A DNA stretch of 64,000 bases. Source: Balanoglossus misakiensis (Eukaryota > Animalia > Hemichordata). A program made the position numbers and the translations under genes. The DNA lies in the NCBI GenBank assembly GCA_040954595.2, contig CM082582.2, forward strand, positions 3,394,303-3,458,302, given 5' to 3'. Positions 14,063 through 25,457 of the stretch are shown piece by piece. The stretch's first letter is position 1. Every line of letters starts with the position of its first letter. The notes beneath the pieces were generated by a model. It made no database searches and was not told the origin of the DNA. It worked only from the letters and a program-made list of their open reading frames with translations.

Positions 14063-14565
14063 TTAAATGTTTAGAAGTCATAGTATCATCAGATTTAATT
14101 TCAACATGATCAGACGACCTTTTATTTCGAGGTGCGTAACACCCCGCAACTTTTGGTCATTTTTCCAGTATTATTTTGATTCTGTTTACAAAACCTTTTA
14201 TGTTTTTCTCCTTACATCACATTAAAATAATCGGTGTTATGCTTATCAACATAGCGGTAGCTATTCAATTCCTGACATCAATTTTGTTGACAAAAGAATT
14301 TCAGTAAAACATCAATTCAATTTCTAACAGTATGTTGAAAAATGTAATAATGGTAGTATTGGTAACAAAACACGTAAATAGCCAAAAGATACAGCAATTA
14401 CTGGAGCTTCTACTTACATTCATGTTCTGTTCAAGTTCCTACACTTCTAGTCTGCCACTGGATATTGATGTTTTCATCAGTTTCCACTTGTCTTTGATAT
14501 TTTTTTGATGTGGGGCGCTATAACAACAAAATAATTCAAACCATATTAATATTAGTCAATTAATA

Positions 14566-14776
14566 CTGTAAAACACTTTATTTTCGCGAGTTAAAATTTT
14601 CGCGATATAGAGAGAGGCCACTGTTACGCGAGTATTAATTTTCACGTTCCTTTATTTCATTCACTGCATCTTTATCTTCAAAGTAATTTACGGGACTTTT
14701 TATTTTCACGCTATTTAAATTGGCTCTCGCGTATTTCGCTAAAATTTATTGCTCGCGAAAATAAAGTGTTTTACAG
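14566..14776. mobile_element. Tc1/mariner-type MITE (TA target)
   Basis: TA-CTGTAAAACACTTTATTTTCGCGAG...CTCGCGAAAATAAAGTGTTTTACAG-TA; perfect TIR. Confidence 0.82.
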
Positions 14777-15277
14777 TATTTTCTGAAAATATCCACACCA
14801 TTGAAATGGATAGCTCTCTACTCAAAAAGACTTGTTTGAAAAATATTATTAGAATTAGTTTACATCAGCCCAGTCTCCTGTTTCATTTGATTTGAAGAAT
14901 TTCAAAAAATCAGAAACCATACACAATAACACAGGATTATTTGTTATATTGTCCCAACTTTGATAGTTTATTTTGAAATGCAGAGAATATGGCTGTGAAC
15001 ACTTACCTCATCACATTCTCAAACGCACTTGGGCATTTTCTTTTGAGAGGCAAATAATCATGTTAGTGTAGGTCAGATTCACATCTCCCTTTTGATGGTA
15101 ACGTATAACCTTGCTTGTGTGAGTGTAGGTACTGCATGCCATCAACTGGTAGCGGGTCAATGTATCATGGTGTTGGCCCTATATGGAACGAATTGTACCC
15201 AAATCGAGTGTGGTATACCCGACTGAGGCGGGGGTTATTGCTATTATATTATATCAACAACTGTTTTTGTGGCATAT

Positions 15278-17595
15278 GAGGTATGTAAGACCCCACATAG
15301 ACCCGATCTGAGACCATGTTCTGAGAGTCTCAAATGTGAGTAAATGCTATCTGAGACCACATTTGAGACTGCTTTGGAGACTCTCAGATACAATGTAAAC
15401 TGCAATTGAGACCGTATTGGAGATCGCTTTTGAGACTCTCAGCTTGCGTTTAAATGCTAATTGAGAGTGTACATGTAACAATCAACAACACACAACACTG
15501 CCCATAATCAATGAAAGTATCGCGTCTGTATCACGTATAACTTAACTCCTCACGAGACTTCAATTCACTGTCTTGCTGTCCGATATCGCGATGAAGTTCA
15601 GTGCTAAGCGTTTGTTAGCGGAATCTGCTACACAAGAGTGTTTCCTGACAAATCGAAAGAGGAAACTTTGTGTCGCTCCCCCGAAAACTGACGAATGATT
15701 TTTGCATGCATGTACACACACGATCGATACCTGCCATGATTCAACACTGCCACACACACACTTGTACTTTATTCACTCAAAAGAAAACGACAAGCGATGG
15801 TACTAGTATTTACATTTAAATCAGTGATAAAGAAACAGTCGGTGGTTACTAGTTGATTGCAAATAGACTGGTGAATACAAATACTAAAAGAGAAACTCGC
15901 AAAAATTTCCCAGCCTAAAAAGAATCCCGTTTTACAGTAGCTTATCTTATAATAGGGTACTGCACACAATTTAACGTCGGTGACACAAAGATCTATCTAG
16001 TGAGATTGACATGTGTATAAAACAAATGATCAAAGACCCGCAAAGTCGCCCTTTTGTGGATATATATATTTTCTGTAATGCCGTACATTGCCGTTCACAC
16101 ATATTGTTGCCGTATTGTTGTTGAGTTTGCCGATGATACCGACTCCCAATCTCATGAATGAAAAAACAGTTCACACTTCGCATGGAAATTGTTCTTTTCA
16201 TTTTGATTCTCCGAAACCATTTGAAAAATCATCGTTTTTTTCAATTGAGCTTCAATTTCTACCTTCCTCAGTGTGATTGTATAAGCCTTGACCCCTTCAC
16301 GAACTTCCACTGTTTAGGTAAGAGCAGTCATGGATAGTGGCTACGTTGCGGCGACATTCGATTCGTGACCTCATTAAACCCGACGGCAGTTGCCTCTAGT
16401 ACATGTAATTCTTTCCTTACTTCTTTTAGCTTTGAAGTGACGTACGTGTTAAAACTGACCTCCTCTGGGTGGGAGTCCGTTTACAAAATGAATAACTTTC
16501 TATAAATCTAATATTAAAAAAGGGCAATGTAAGCCTTTATCACATAATGACAAACGTGAAACATTATTGAAAAAAAAATATTTTATTACAACTTTAAAGC
16601 TTTTACCCAACTTTACATGTATTGTGACAGATGTTTGTATCGGCAGCGAAAAAAACTGCATTGGTATGGTCGAGTTATCGGGACCATACTTGACAACATT
16701 TTTATTTTGTCTTACATGTAAGCCGGCCTCACTCTGCTTCGGCGATAGAGAGAGATCAATAGATCTACGATTACTATAGTAACCGTTGACACGTCCTAGC
16801 GTCTACGTAAAACACTACCACGTCATTCACTCAACTCTTTTGTCGGCCCCGGAAACAAAGTCGCCCGTGAGTTAGTTCATTGTTCCACGGTCGACGCGTG
16901 GGTCATGGAGTAACTTGATCGTTTATTACAATGTCAAGTCATAGTACAAGTACAATTACTAGTAACTTCTGGTCGCCCATGTACGATTATACTCATCGTA
17001 TGTTATAACCGACGCCCGGTATTCGGGCTATGTCTGTACGTTTTGAGATAATTACTAGTAGATAGATCTATCTTAAAAAAGGACACACAGCACGACATTT
17101 CACCGCACCGCGCTGTCGGTCGCTCCGATCTGCATGATGTACGTGAGCTCTCTACAGATCGTGTCGCGCACCATTCGCCCTTGTAAAAACTTGTAGCCCT
17201 CGTTTGAAAGCTGAGAAAATGTCCTATCTTATAGTCAGAACCGATTACTAAACATTCAACTCCAATATATGAGATGATGTCCAGTACGGCATGCACAACT
17301 TTTGAGAGACCGTGGAAGAATTAACATCTCGATCGCCATAAAGGCTGGGTGTTAGGTCATCTTTATTACTGTAACTTCTGTTGGCTCGATATGACGAAGT
17401 TGACGGTCTCAATTAGCATTTAAACGCAAGCTGAGAGTCTCAAAAGCGATCTCCAATACGGTCTCAATTGCAGTTTACATTGTATCTGAGAGTCTCCAAA
17501 GCAGTCTCAAATGCGGTCTCAGATAGCATTTACTCACATTTGAGACTCTCAGAACATGGTCTCAGATCGGGTCTATGTGGGGTCTTACATACCTC
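15278..17595. mobile_element. Unclassified non-autonomous DNA transposon with ~189-bp TIRs and a 7-bp TSD
   Basis: TIRs at 15278-15466 and 17407-17595 start GAGGTATGTAAGACCCC; GGCATAT is duplicated at 15271-15277 and 17596-17602; empty site at 699-705. Confidence 0.88.
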
Positions 17596-17930
17596 GGCAT
17601 ATCAGTGTCATTTACTTACCGAAACGGCGTCAGAAAGAGAAATTCCGATCGTGAAGCAAAATGGCGATGACGAATGTAAACACGAGCGGCCGGGATCGAG
17701 CATTAAACATGAAGCAGACGACAAAAGTGACAAGACGGGCATCGCGCGTGGCAAAGTGACAAATATTTTCACAGAGCAGTTCCAAAATAAAACGTCCGTT
17801 AATTCAACAGTATTTTTGTTTTATTTATTTGTTTAAACACGCGCGACTGTGGTTTAACCGCATATTTTTGCTGCCGTATGCTAGTTCAGGGGCCCGTTTT
17901 AGCACTGCCAGCAGTGCATTATTGAGTATT

Positions 17931-18485
17931 ATATTATACCAGTATATTGATGGTGTAAATCACGCTATTTGATTGGTCGAGACACGACACGTGACCGTGA
18001 TATATTAGCCATATACCACAGTCATATATCATAGTCAAAGAAAATGCCTTTTTAAAATGTTTTATGCAAAGTTTCAATATACTGGCATAATATAATAGCA
18101 ATAAAACACCCCCAGCCATGGTATACCACTCGATTTTGACCAGTTCAACTCCATATACGCACTCGCTATCGCTCGTGCGTATATGTCGTGAACTGGTCAA
18201 AATCTCGTGGTATACCATGGCTGGGGGTGTTTTATTGCTTAATTATATTATACCAGTATATTGATGGTGTAAATCACGCTATTTGATTGGTCGAGACACG
18301 ACACGTGACCGTGATATATTAGCCATATACCACAGTCATATATCATAGTCAAAGAAAATGCCTTTTTAAAATGTTTTATGCAAAGTTTCAATATACTGGC
18401 ATAATATAATAGCACTCATGCGTATATGTCGTGAACTGGTCAAAATCGAGTGGTATACCATGGCTGGGGGTGTTTTATTGCTTAA
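17931..18485. mobile_element. Hairpin-ended repeat, partly tandem-duplicated (Crypton-like non-autonomous element); another copy at ~20515-20753
   Basis: Hairpin gcaataaaacacccccagccatggtatacca...tggtataccatggctgggggtgttttattgc at 18098-18238; the ~165-bp body is repeated at ~17931, ~18246 and ~20515. Confidence 0.65.
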
Positions 18486-18653
18486 TTTTAGCACCGCTGC
18501 ATTGAGCTCTCGTCCAATCAGAATTGCGGACGGTACCATGATATAATATAATAACTATTTTATTGACTTGTCATTTTAATTTATTCATAGACCTCTTTTT
18601 GCAACACTATACTATTATACACCTCAAAAATGGCTCAATTGTAAATTTCTTAA

Positions 18654-19593
18654 AGCCCCAGTATTTCTCGTCTTTATCCCTTTTTCATCATCGAAAATTG
18701 CCCGTTGTTCCAGTACATTCATCATGGAATACTACATAATGAAGATATAAGAAAGGTTTGGGCAACTGTAACTACATGCAAGCCGTAAATATTGCCCGTA
18801 ACACTTGAAATGATGTGTGGGTTTGTTTACAACGGAAATGTTGTACATGTCGATCAGCAAACGTGCCACTTTGACATTTGATGTCAGACCATTTTTGGAT
18901 TTGATCTGGTTCCATCTACTGATTTCGTCCCATATACATATACATATGTATTATCTTCCCTGAATTTGCGTGTTTCTAGATTTGGGGCGACCAAACCTCT
19001 TCCGCGATTTTAGTGCACATGCGCAGTAGTGTTATTACATTGCTTTGTCAACAGAGCCTGACTTTATGTCCGGAGAGAAAATTCATTCTTCACTCGTTAT
19101 ATTGTAAATTGTATGTGTTTATGAACAGAGCTGGGCATGATAATTGTTCGATTCAGTATCAATTATCATATACTTTTAGATTTTGAAGATGCCGTTTCAA
19201 ACAAAATTTATGCGAAAACGAGAAATACTGAGGCTTTAATTACAGGTGTAGTGTCGAATTAATTTTACATGTCAAATTAATATTGGCCCAACAATCGGCG
19301 AAATTCTGGGAAGATAACTATATGGGATGAAATCAGTCGATGGAACCAGATCAAATCCGAAAATGGTCTGACATCAAATGTCAAAGTGACACGTTTGCTG
19401 TGTACAACATTTCCGTTGTAAACAAACCCACACATCATTTCAAGTGTTACGGGCAATATTTACGGCTTGCATGTGGCTACAGTTGCCCAAACCTTTCTTA
19501 TATATTCATTATGTAGTATTCCATGAGAATGTATGGGAAAAATGGGCATTTTTCGATAATGAAAAATGGATACACACGAGAAATACTGGGGCT
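18654..19593. mobile_element. Kolobok-like long-TIR non-autonomous element
   Basis: About 280-bp inverted arms (18654-18935 and 19320-19593) with AG...CT ends; left flank is TTAA and the right TTAA is split by the Harbinger MITE. Confidence 0.78.
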
Positions 19594-19596
19594 TTA

Positions 19597-21001
19597 GGGA
19601 CCGTTCAGTTTTTACGGCCGGGGGGGGGGGCGGCAAAATCCAGGGGGGGGGTCACTTAAATTTTGAAGTCCACAAGGGGGGGGGGGGTCATCTGGTTTTT
19701 TTAAACGTTTAGGGGGGGGTCACATACTTTTGCCACCGAACTTTTGCTTTTGAGTCCACAAAATTGCAGTTTCGCACCCTTTATTTTACAAAATTTTCTA
19801 ATGTGGGAGGGGGACACCCCCTCCCACACCCACCCCCTAAATTCTCCGCCACATTTCATTTTGGGCTGGTTTGTCTAGTGTACCAGGGCAGAGTGCTTGC
19901 CACCCAACCCCACCGATGATAATATTTAACAAAGTGAATACATAAAGGAGAATAATTGTTTGAACCATTTTGCATAACTGATAGTTTCGCGCTGCACCTT
20001 CTATATACTAGAAGTTTTATAAATGATGTCATGACAAGATGACGCCAAATCTTCTAACTTTGAGTGGAGTGGCAAAAAGTAAAATTGCTCCTCCCAAACA
20101 TTGCGATAATTTGCTTTAGAGTTCATTAAAATGCAACTTTGCGCTACATATTTTACAAACCCCCTCCCACACCCACCCCCTCCATTCTTCGCCACATTGC
20201 ATTTATTCACTGGTTTGTCTAGTGTACCAGGGAAGACTTCTTGCCACCCCACCCCGATGCTTACTTTGACTGGAGTGGAAAATTAAAATTTGTCCTCCCT
20301 AACATTGAGTTAATTTGCTTTTGAGTTCATTAAATTGCAACTTTGAACACCGTATTTTACAAAATTTTCTTATGTGGGAGGGGGACACCCCCTCCCACGC
20401 CCACCCCCGCCACTTTTCTTGTTTTACCTATTCTAGCAACTATTGTATTGACTTGTCATTTTAATTTGTTCATAGATTTCTTTATTCCAACGATATACTA
20501 TTATATACTTCATTATATTATACCAGTATATTGATGGTGTAAATCACGCTATTTGATTGGTCGAGACACGACACGTGACCGTGATATATTAGCCATATAC
20601 CACAGTCATATATCATAGTCAAAGAAAATGCCATAAATGTTTTATGCAAAGTTTCAATATACTGGCATAATATAATAGCAATAAAACACCCCCAGCCATG
20701 GTATACCATATATGACTGTGGTATACCATGGCTGGGGGTGTTTTATTGCTTAAATAATACTTTAAGAAATATATAATTGAGGTGTGAGGAGCCTCATTCC
20801 CTTTATTGCATACAGTGAACATAGGATCAGGACGGCGAATGTTTTGGGCGTGGGGGGGGGGGGTCATCATATTTTTGGGTCTGTCAAAGGGGGGGTCATC
20901 ATTTTTTGGTCCTGGCTGAAGGGGGGGACGGCCTGATTTTGAGAACCGATGACACAAACTTGCCGCCCCCCCCCCCCCTGCCGTAAAAACTGAACGGTCC
21001 C
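19597..21001. mobile_element. PIF/Harbinger-type non-autonomous element
   Basis: TIR GGGACCGTTCAGTTTTTACGGC followed by a G-run; 3-bp TTA duplicated at 19594-19596 and 21002-21004. Confidence 0.85.
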
Positions 21002-21053
21002 TTAATATTAATATTCCACAAGTGCTACACATAAAATTAATTCGAGATGTTAG

Positions 21054-21430
21054 TGTAAGGCTGCGATTTTGACCACTCATATGTTTGAGGGCGCAATTTG
21101 GCTTGCGCATGCGCATTTCACAAAAATGGGAATGCTCTGATTCTTGAGCGCCCACTGAAATTGTTGCTCGTCATTTTATCAGAAAATGGAGCGCTTGTGC
21201 CACATCGTGTAGTAGATCTGCATGAGTCCCTGCTTGGTGTTTTAGTGCGACAGTGCAGAGAATTATACAAAGCCACAGACACAGGTTGCATCCTGTCAGG
21301 GTTTTCTTTTCCTTCCTGGTTTTCGTTTTCCTCTTTGTCCTTGCCTTATGAATGTGGAATAGGGAATAAAAGAACCGGTATTGATGACTCCAGCTATATT
21401 GTCTGTGTGCATCTTTATACCAACGTTACA
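21054..21430 (+). repeat. 5' LTR
   Basis: TGTAAGG...CGTTACA; AATAAA at 21365-21370; no difference from the 3' LTR seen by eye. Confidence 0.95.
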
Positions 21431-21432
21431 CA

Positions 21433-21451
21433 TGGCGTAGTCGGCAGGATT
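21433..21451 (+). promoter_or_regulatory. Primer binding site, tRNA-Ser
   Basis: TGGCGTAGTCGGCAGGATT is complementary to the animal tRNA-Ser 3' end (...AATCCTGCCGACTACGCCA); it lies 2 nt after the LTR. Confidence 0.88.
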
Positions 21452-21624
21452 TCCTCATCGACATTCCACATTGAAGACCCTGACCGTATTCAGATGTGAC
21501 TGTGCTGTGCTGTTGCATGGGAAGATATTTTACTGTGTTGCTGAACTGTTTCAAACTGTGTAGTGCCAGTTAAGAAGTGTTGCTGTGTTGCAGACTTACA
21601 GAACTGTTTTAAAGTAAGTGTCAT

Positions 21625-22722
21625 ATGTTCACAATGGCCAGCCCTGCAGTAAAGAAGGTCGAGGTCACTGAACAGGATGTGAAGCGACTACGGGATACCA
21701 TAGCAAGTTTAAAGACAGAAGTAGCTCGTAAAGATAACGAAGCTGCAACAGCAGTTGCTGATGCAAGACAGGCGGAGAGGGAAGTTAAGAGACTGATTTC
21801 AGAGAGAGATCAACCCTTTCCAACACTTGAGTCATCTGCTGGCTATGCCAATAGAAATACACCTGCTCGTATGGTATATGTGTCACCGAACAGAAAGATT
21901 GATAGATTTGACGGAAAAGGAGAATCCGGACTGTCCATAGAGGACTGGATCGAAGATGCAAAGGCCGTAATTGCATCAAGAGGTCTCACCAGTCATGAAC
22001 AAGCGGCTTTCTTGATTGAAAACTTATCTGGCAAAGCACGACGAGAAATATTGGGTAGAGGTAGTACCATAAGCTCAGATCCCGGCAAGATATTCTCCAT
22101 ACTGACGAAAGTATTTGGTGATGGTGATACGCTGCCACAACTACAACAGCGTTTTTTTGCTTACCACCAAAAGGATGGTGAAGATTTGGTAGCGTGTTCC
22201 CTAGAGCTGGTGAATCTGTATGATAGAATTATCCAGTTGGATTCGTCATTCGAACCAGGTAGGGAATGCCAACTGAAGAATCGACTGGCTGAGGCAGTGT
22301 TAGATGACAACATACGGACTGAACTCAGACGCTTGAATGCCGACCAACCTGAATTGTCATTCTTTGACGCTAGAGACCATGTCATAGCCTTGATGGGACG
22401 GAACGAAAAGCGTTCACGTACAAAGCGTGGTGCCGTTCTCTGTGAAGTAACAGCAGAAGAAGATTTGCGCGCCTTGATAATCAAACAAGGTGAGCAAGTT
22501 GCAGCCCAGCAAAAGCAGTTGGAGCTGTTAACAGCAATGTTACAAAATAGAAACACCGAAAGAAAGACATCAAAGCCTACTGTGTCGGCAGATGGTAAAA
22601 GACGATGCTGGAGATGCGATGCTATTGGTCATATTAGCCGAGTTTGTCCTAAGAAACCCAGTCAGAGCAGCGGAAATACTACTGCTTCTACTGAGGAAGG
22701 CAAGACTCAGAAGTTAAACTAG
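21625..22722 (+). CDS. gag: Gag (capsid-like region plus CCHC zinc knuckle)
   Basis: 365-aa ORF after the PBS; N-terminal coiled coil; CWRCDAIGHISRVC knuckle. Confidence 0.92.
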   Translation: MFTMASPAVKKVEVTEQDVKRLRDTIASLKTEVARKDNEAATAVADARQAEREVKRLISERDQPFPTLESSAGYANRNTPARMVYVSPNRKIDRFDGKGESGLSIEDWIEDAKAVIASRGLTSHEQAAFLIENLSGKARREILGRGSTISSDPGKIFSILTKVFGDGDTLPQLQQRFFAYHQKDGEDLVACSLELVNLYDRIIQLDSSFEPGRECQLKNRLAEAVLDDNIRTELRRLNADQPELSFFDARDHVIALMGRNEKRSRTKRGAVLCEVTAEEDLRALIIKQGEQVAAQQKQLELLTAMLQNRNTERKTSKPTVSADGKRRCWRCDAIGHISRVCPKKPSQSSGNTTASTEEGKTQKLN

Positions 22723-22754
22723 CCAAGCCTACTACCGCGAGCCATGTGGTAGGC
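22713..22754 (+). promoter_or_regulatory. Putative -1 ribosomal frameshift signal (G_TTA_AAC plus stem-loop)
   Basis: pol is in the -1 frame and open through the heptamer; 7-nt spacer, then GCCTACTAC (22727-22735) pairing with GTGGTAGGC (22746-22754). Confidence 0.72.
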
Positions 22755-25457
22755 GAGACTGTGACTAATGGAGGCTCAATCATACTCAAGGCAATTGGCG
22801 ATTGTCCAACAGCCATGGTGAAGTTAGGTGGTGTGGAGGCTACGTGTTTGATTGATACTGGTGCAGAGGTGTCAACTATAACAGATCGATTCTTCAGGGA
22901 GCATTTGACTCAGGAAGGGGAATTGGTAGATGTGTCTTCGTGCATCACAATCACGGCTTCGCAAGGGTTGGAAATCCCCTACAGCGGGTATGTGGAGCTT
23001 TCTGTGACTGTATTCAACATTAAGTTTGATGGCCTTGGATTCCTAGTGGTGCGAGATCCCGTCAACACCCCTGTTGAAGCCCGAAAAAGGAGAGTTCCTG
23101 GCGTGATTGGATCTAATGTACTGCGAGATATTAGACAGAGGTTAGTCTGTAAATACGGTGAGGACTACCGCGAGAAGATGTCATCATCACCCAGCGATGG
23201 TGAGATCAAACTCTTACATGCAGTTGAAATGTATAGGCCACTGGCAGTGAATCAAGAGACAATTGCAACACCCCCTGATGTGCACCTTGTTCGCGTTGCT
23301 GGTAGGAAGCCTATTTTAGTCCCGGCTCGATCGATCAACGTTGTTGAAGGCTCTGTCCGGCCTGCTGTTAAAGGACAAGTGCATTATGCCGTAATAGAGA
23401 GACATGGAACCCATGTGGCTGAGCTACGAAATGGACTGGCCCTTGGAGCGTCATACGTGTTTGTTGGTCGCGACGGCAGAGTTCCCCTGAGCATTGCCAA
23501 TTTCAGCGATGCCGATGTTTATTTGCAACCCCGTACACCGGTCGGCGTTGCTAGGTCCGCTTCTTTGGAACCGACTGTGACATTTCACCAGATTGATGAG
23601 AACTCAGTTCAAGTGAGATTGTCTTGTGAGGATGGGACAACTTCATCCATTGTGAAGGACATCGTATCCAAGATGGATATTGGTGAGCTTAGCAAAGCAG
23701 AACAGAATGACTTAAATGAAGTAGTGAGCAAGTATTGTCAAATTTTCAGCAGGCATGAAAATGACATTGGATCCTGCGATCTGGTTGAACATGAAATAGC
23801 CACTACTGATGACATTCCGGTCAAGATACCCTACCAGAGAGTACCACCGCACCAATGGGACGAAGTGAGGGAATACCTCCAGAGATCATTGGATGCAGGT
23901 ATCATAAGAGAGTCAAGCAGTCCATATGCCTCCCCTGTGGTTTTGGTACGCAAGAAATGTGGAAAGCTGCGCTTATGTGTGGACTATCGGGCCCTGAATG
24001 CCAAGACACGTAGAGACGCATACCCACTACCTAGAATAGAGGAAGCGCTGGATGTGCTGAACGGGGCGAAGTACTTTTGTAGTCTTGATCTGGCACATGG
24101 CTTTCATCAGGTACCAGTTGCCAAGAAAGACATTGAGAAGACAGCTTTTCTGTCTGGCACGGGTGGCCACTATGAGTTTGTCAAGATGCCGTTTGGACTG
24201 TCCGGAGCACCAGCTACATTTATGAAGCTGATGGACAAGGTTTTCGGTGATCAAAACTTTCAAACCCTTCTCGTATATCTAGATGATATACTAGTGTTTG
24301 GTTCGACATTCAAGGAAACTTTAGAACGGCTTGAGATGGTCCTGTCACGATTAACCAGACTGAATTTGAAAGTGAAACCAGAAAAGTGCCAGCTCTTCCG
24401 CAAGAAAGTCCACTATCTAGGCCATATTGTGAGTGCCGATGGTACTGCTCCACTGCCAGAGAAAGTTAAGGCGGTACAAGACTGGCCGAAACCCCGGACA
24501 GAACGCGAGTTGCGAGGTTTTCTAGGCCTGTCGAGCTACTATAGAAGGTTCATACCAGGTTATGCTAGAATAGCTGCTCCACTGCAGAATTTACTGAAGA
24601 AACCAGAAGACACAGGAAGTCAGAAAAGGCGAAAGAAAGCACATGCGAACAAGCTAAATCTCCAAAGGACAATCACTGATTTGTGGGATGAGTCATGTGA
24701 GACGTCGTTTTCCACGTTGAAGCAAGCTCTTGTCTCGCCACCTGTATTAGGATATCCGGACTTTAAGTTGCCTTTTATCCTGGAGACAGACGCTAGCTAT
24801 CATGGACTAGGGGCTGTATTATCCCAAAAGCAAGGGGATAGAGTAGTTGTTCTCAGCTACGCCAGCAGGAGTTTGAAACCTAATGAGCGAAATATGTCGA
24901 ACTACTCTAGCATGAAGCTTGAGCTGTTGGCGCTACGTTGGGCTATTACCCAGAAATATCGTGACTTGCTTATTGGTGCTGAATTTACTGTCTTCACGGA
25001 CAATAACCCGTTGAGTTACCTCTTGACCACTGCCAAACTAGGAGCGACCGAGACGAGATGGGCAGCCGAGTTGGCGCAGTTTAACTTCAGTGTCAAGTAC
25101 AGGTCTGGCAGAAGTAATGGGAACGCTGACGCATTGAGTCGTAAAACAATACACACTGATCAGGCAAGATGTGTTAGACTGGAAGAAACTAACATGGACT
25201 TGGTTACTAAGAACACTGCAAGCGCTAGATTGTCCACTTGTGTGCCCCAGACTGTCCGTACTGCAGCTGAACAGAAGACAGCCGAGGTGTTGCTCAATGA
25301 GGTCAGGGCCAAGTCAAGCAAGATAGAACCGAGGGCGAGTTCAACCTTCCCCTCCATCCAGGAAAGTGACCTTAAACTGATGCAGTCCACCGACGATGTT
25401 GTTGGGAGATTGTGGTTCTACTGGAATTCCAAACATCCCCAACCAATCGTCAACTGA
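22713..25457 (+). CDS. pol: Pol part 1: protease, reverse transcriptase, RNase H
   Basis: LIDTGA; LCVDYRALN; MPFGL; YLDD; ETDAS...TDNNPL...ADALSR. Confidence 0.95.
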   Translation, partial: VKLAKPTTASHVVGETVTNGGSIILKAIGDCPTAMVKLGGVEATCLIDTGAEVSTITDRFFREHLTQEGELVDVSSCITITASQGLEIPYSGYVELSVTVFNIKFDGLGFLVVRDPVNTPVEARKRRVPGVIGSNVLRDIRQRLVCKYGEDYREKMSSSPSDGEIKLLHAVEMYRPLAVNQETIATPPDVHLVRVAGRKPILVPARSINVVEGSVRPAVKGQVHYAVIERHGTHVAELRNGLALGASYVFVGRDGRVPLSIANFSDADVYLQPRTPVGVARSASLEPTVTFHQIDENSVQVRLSCEDGTTSSIVKDIVSKMDIGELSKAEQNDLNEVVSKYCQIFSRHENDIGSCDLVEHEIATTDDIPVKIPYQRVPPHQWDEVREYLQRSLDAGIIRESSSPYASPVVLVRKKCGKLRLCVDYRALNAKTRRDAYPLPRIEEALDVLNGAKYFCSLDLAHGFHQVPVAKKDIEKTAFLSGTGGHYEFVKMPFGLSGAPATFMKLMDKVFGDQNFQTLLVYLDDILVFGSTFKETLERLEMVLSRLTRLNLKVKPEKCQLFRKKVHYLGHIVSADGTAPLPEKVKAVQDWPKPRTERELRGFLGLSSYYRRFIPGYARIAAPLQNLLKKPEDTGSQKRRKKAHANKLNLQRTITDLWDESCETSFSTLKQALVSPPVLGYPDFKLPFILETDASYHGLGAVLSQKQGDRVVVLSYASRSLKPNERNMSNYSSMKLELLALRWAITQKYRDLLIGAEFTVFTDNNPLSYLLTTAKLGATETRWAAELAQFNFSVKYRSGRSNGNADALSRKTIHTDQARCVRLEETNMDLVTKNTASARLSTCVPQTVRTAAEQKTAEVLLNEVRAKSSKIEPRASSTFPSIQESDLKLMQSTDDVVGRLWFYWNSKHPQPIVN

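Noticed and set aside
15305-15466. Regularly spaced GAGAC motifs resembling a CRISPR-like array
   Set aside because: They are subrepeats within a transposon TIR, mirrored at 17407-17570; there are no unique spacers and no cas genes.
21098-21499. 133-aa and 117-aa ORFs in the LTRs (also 27267-27620)
   Set aside because: Non-ATG starts, no domain, and duplicated only because the LTRs are.
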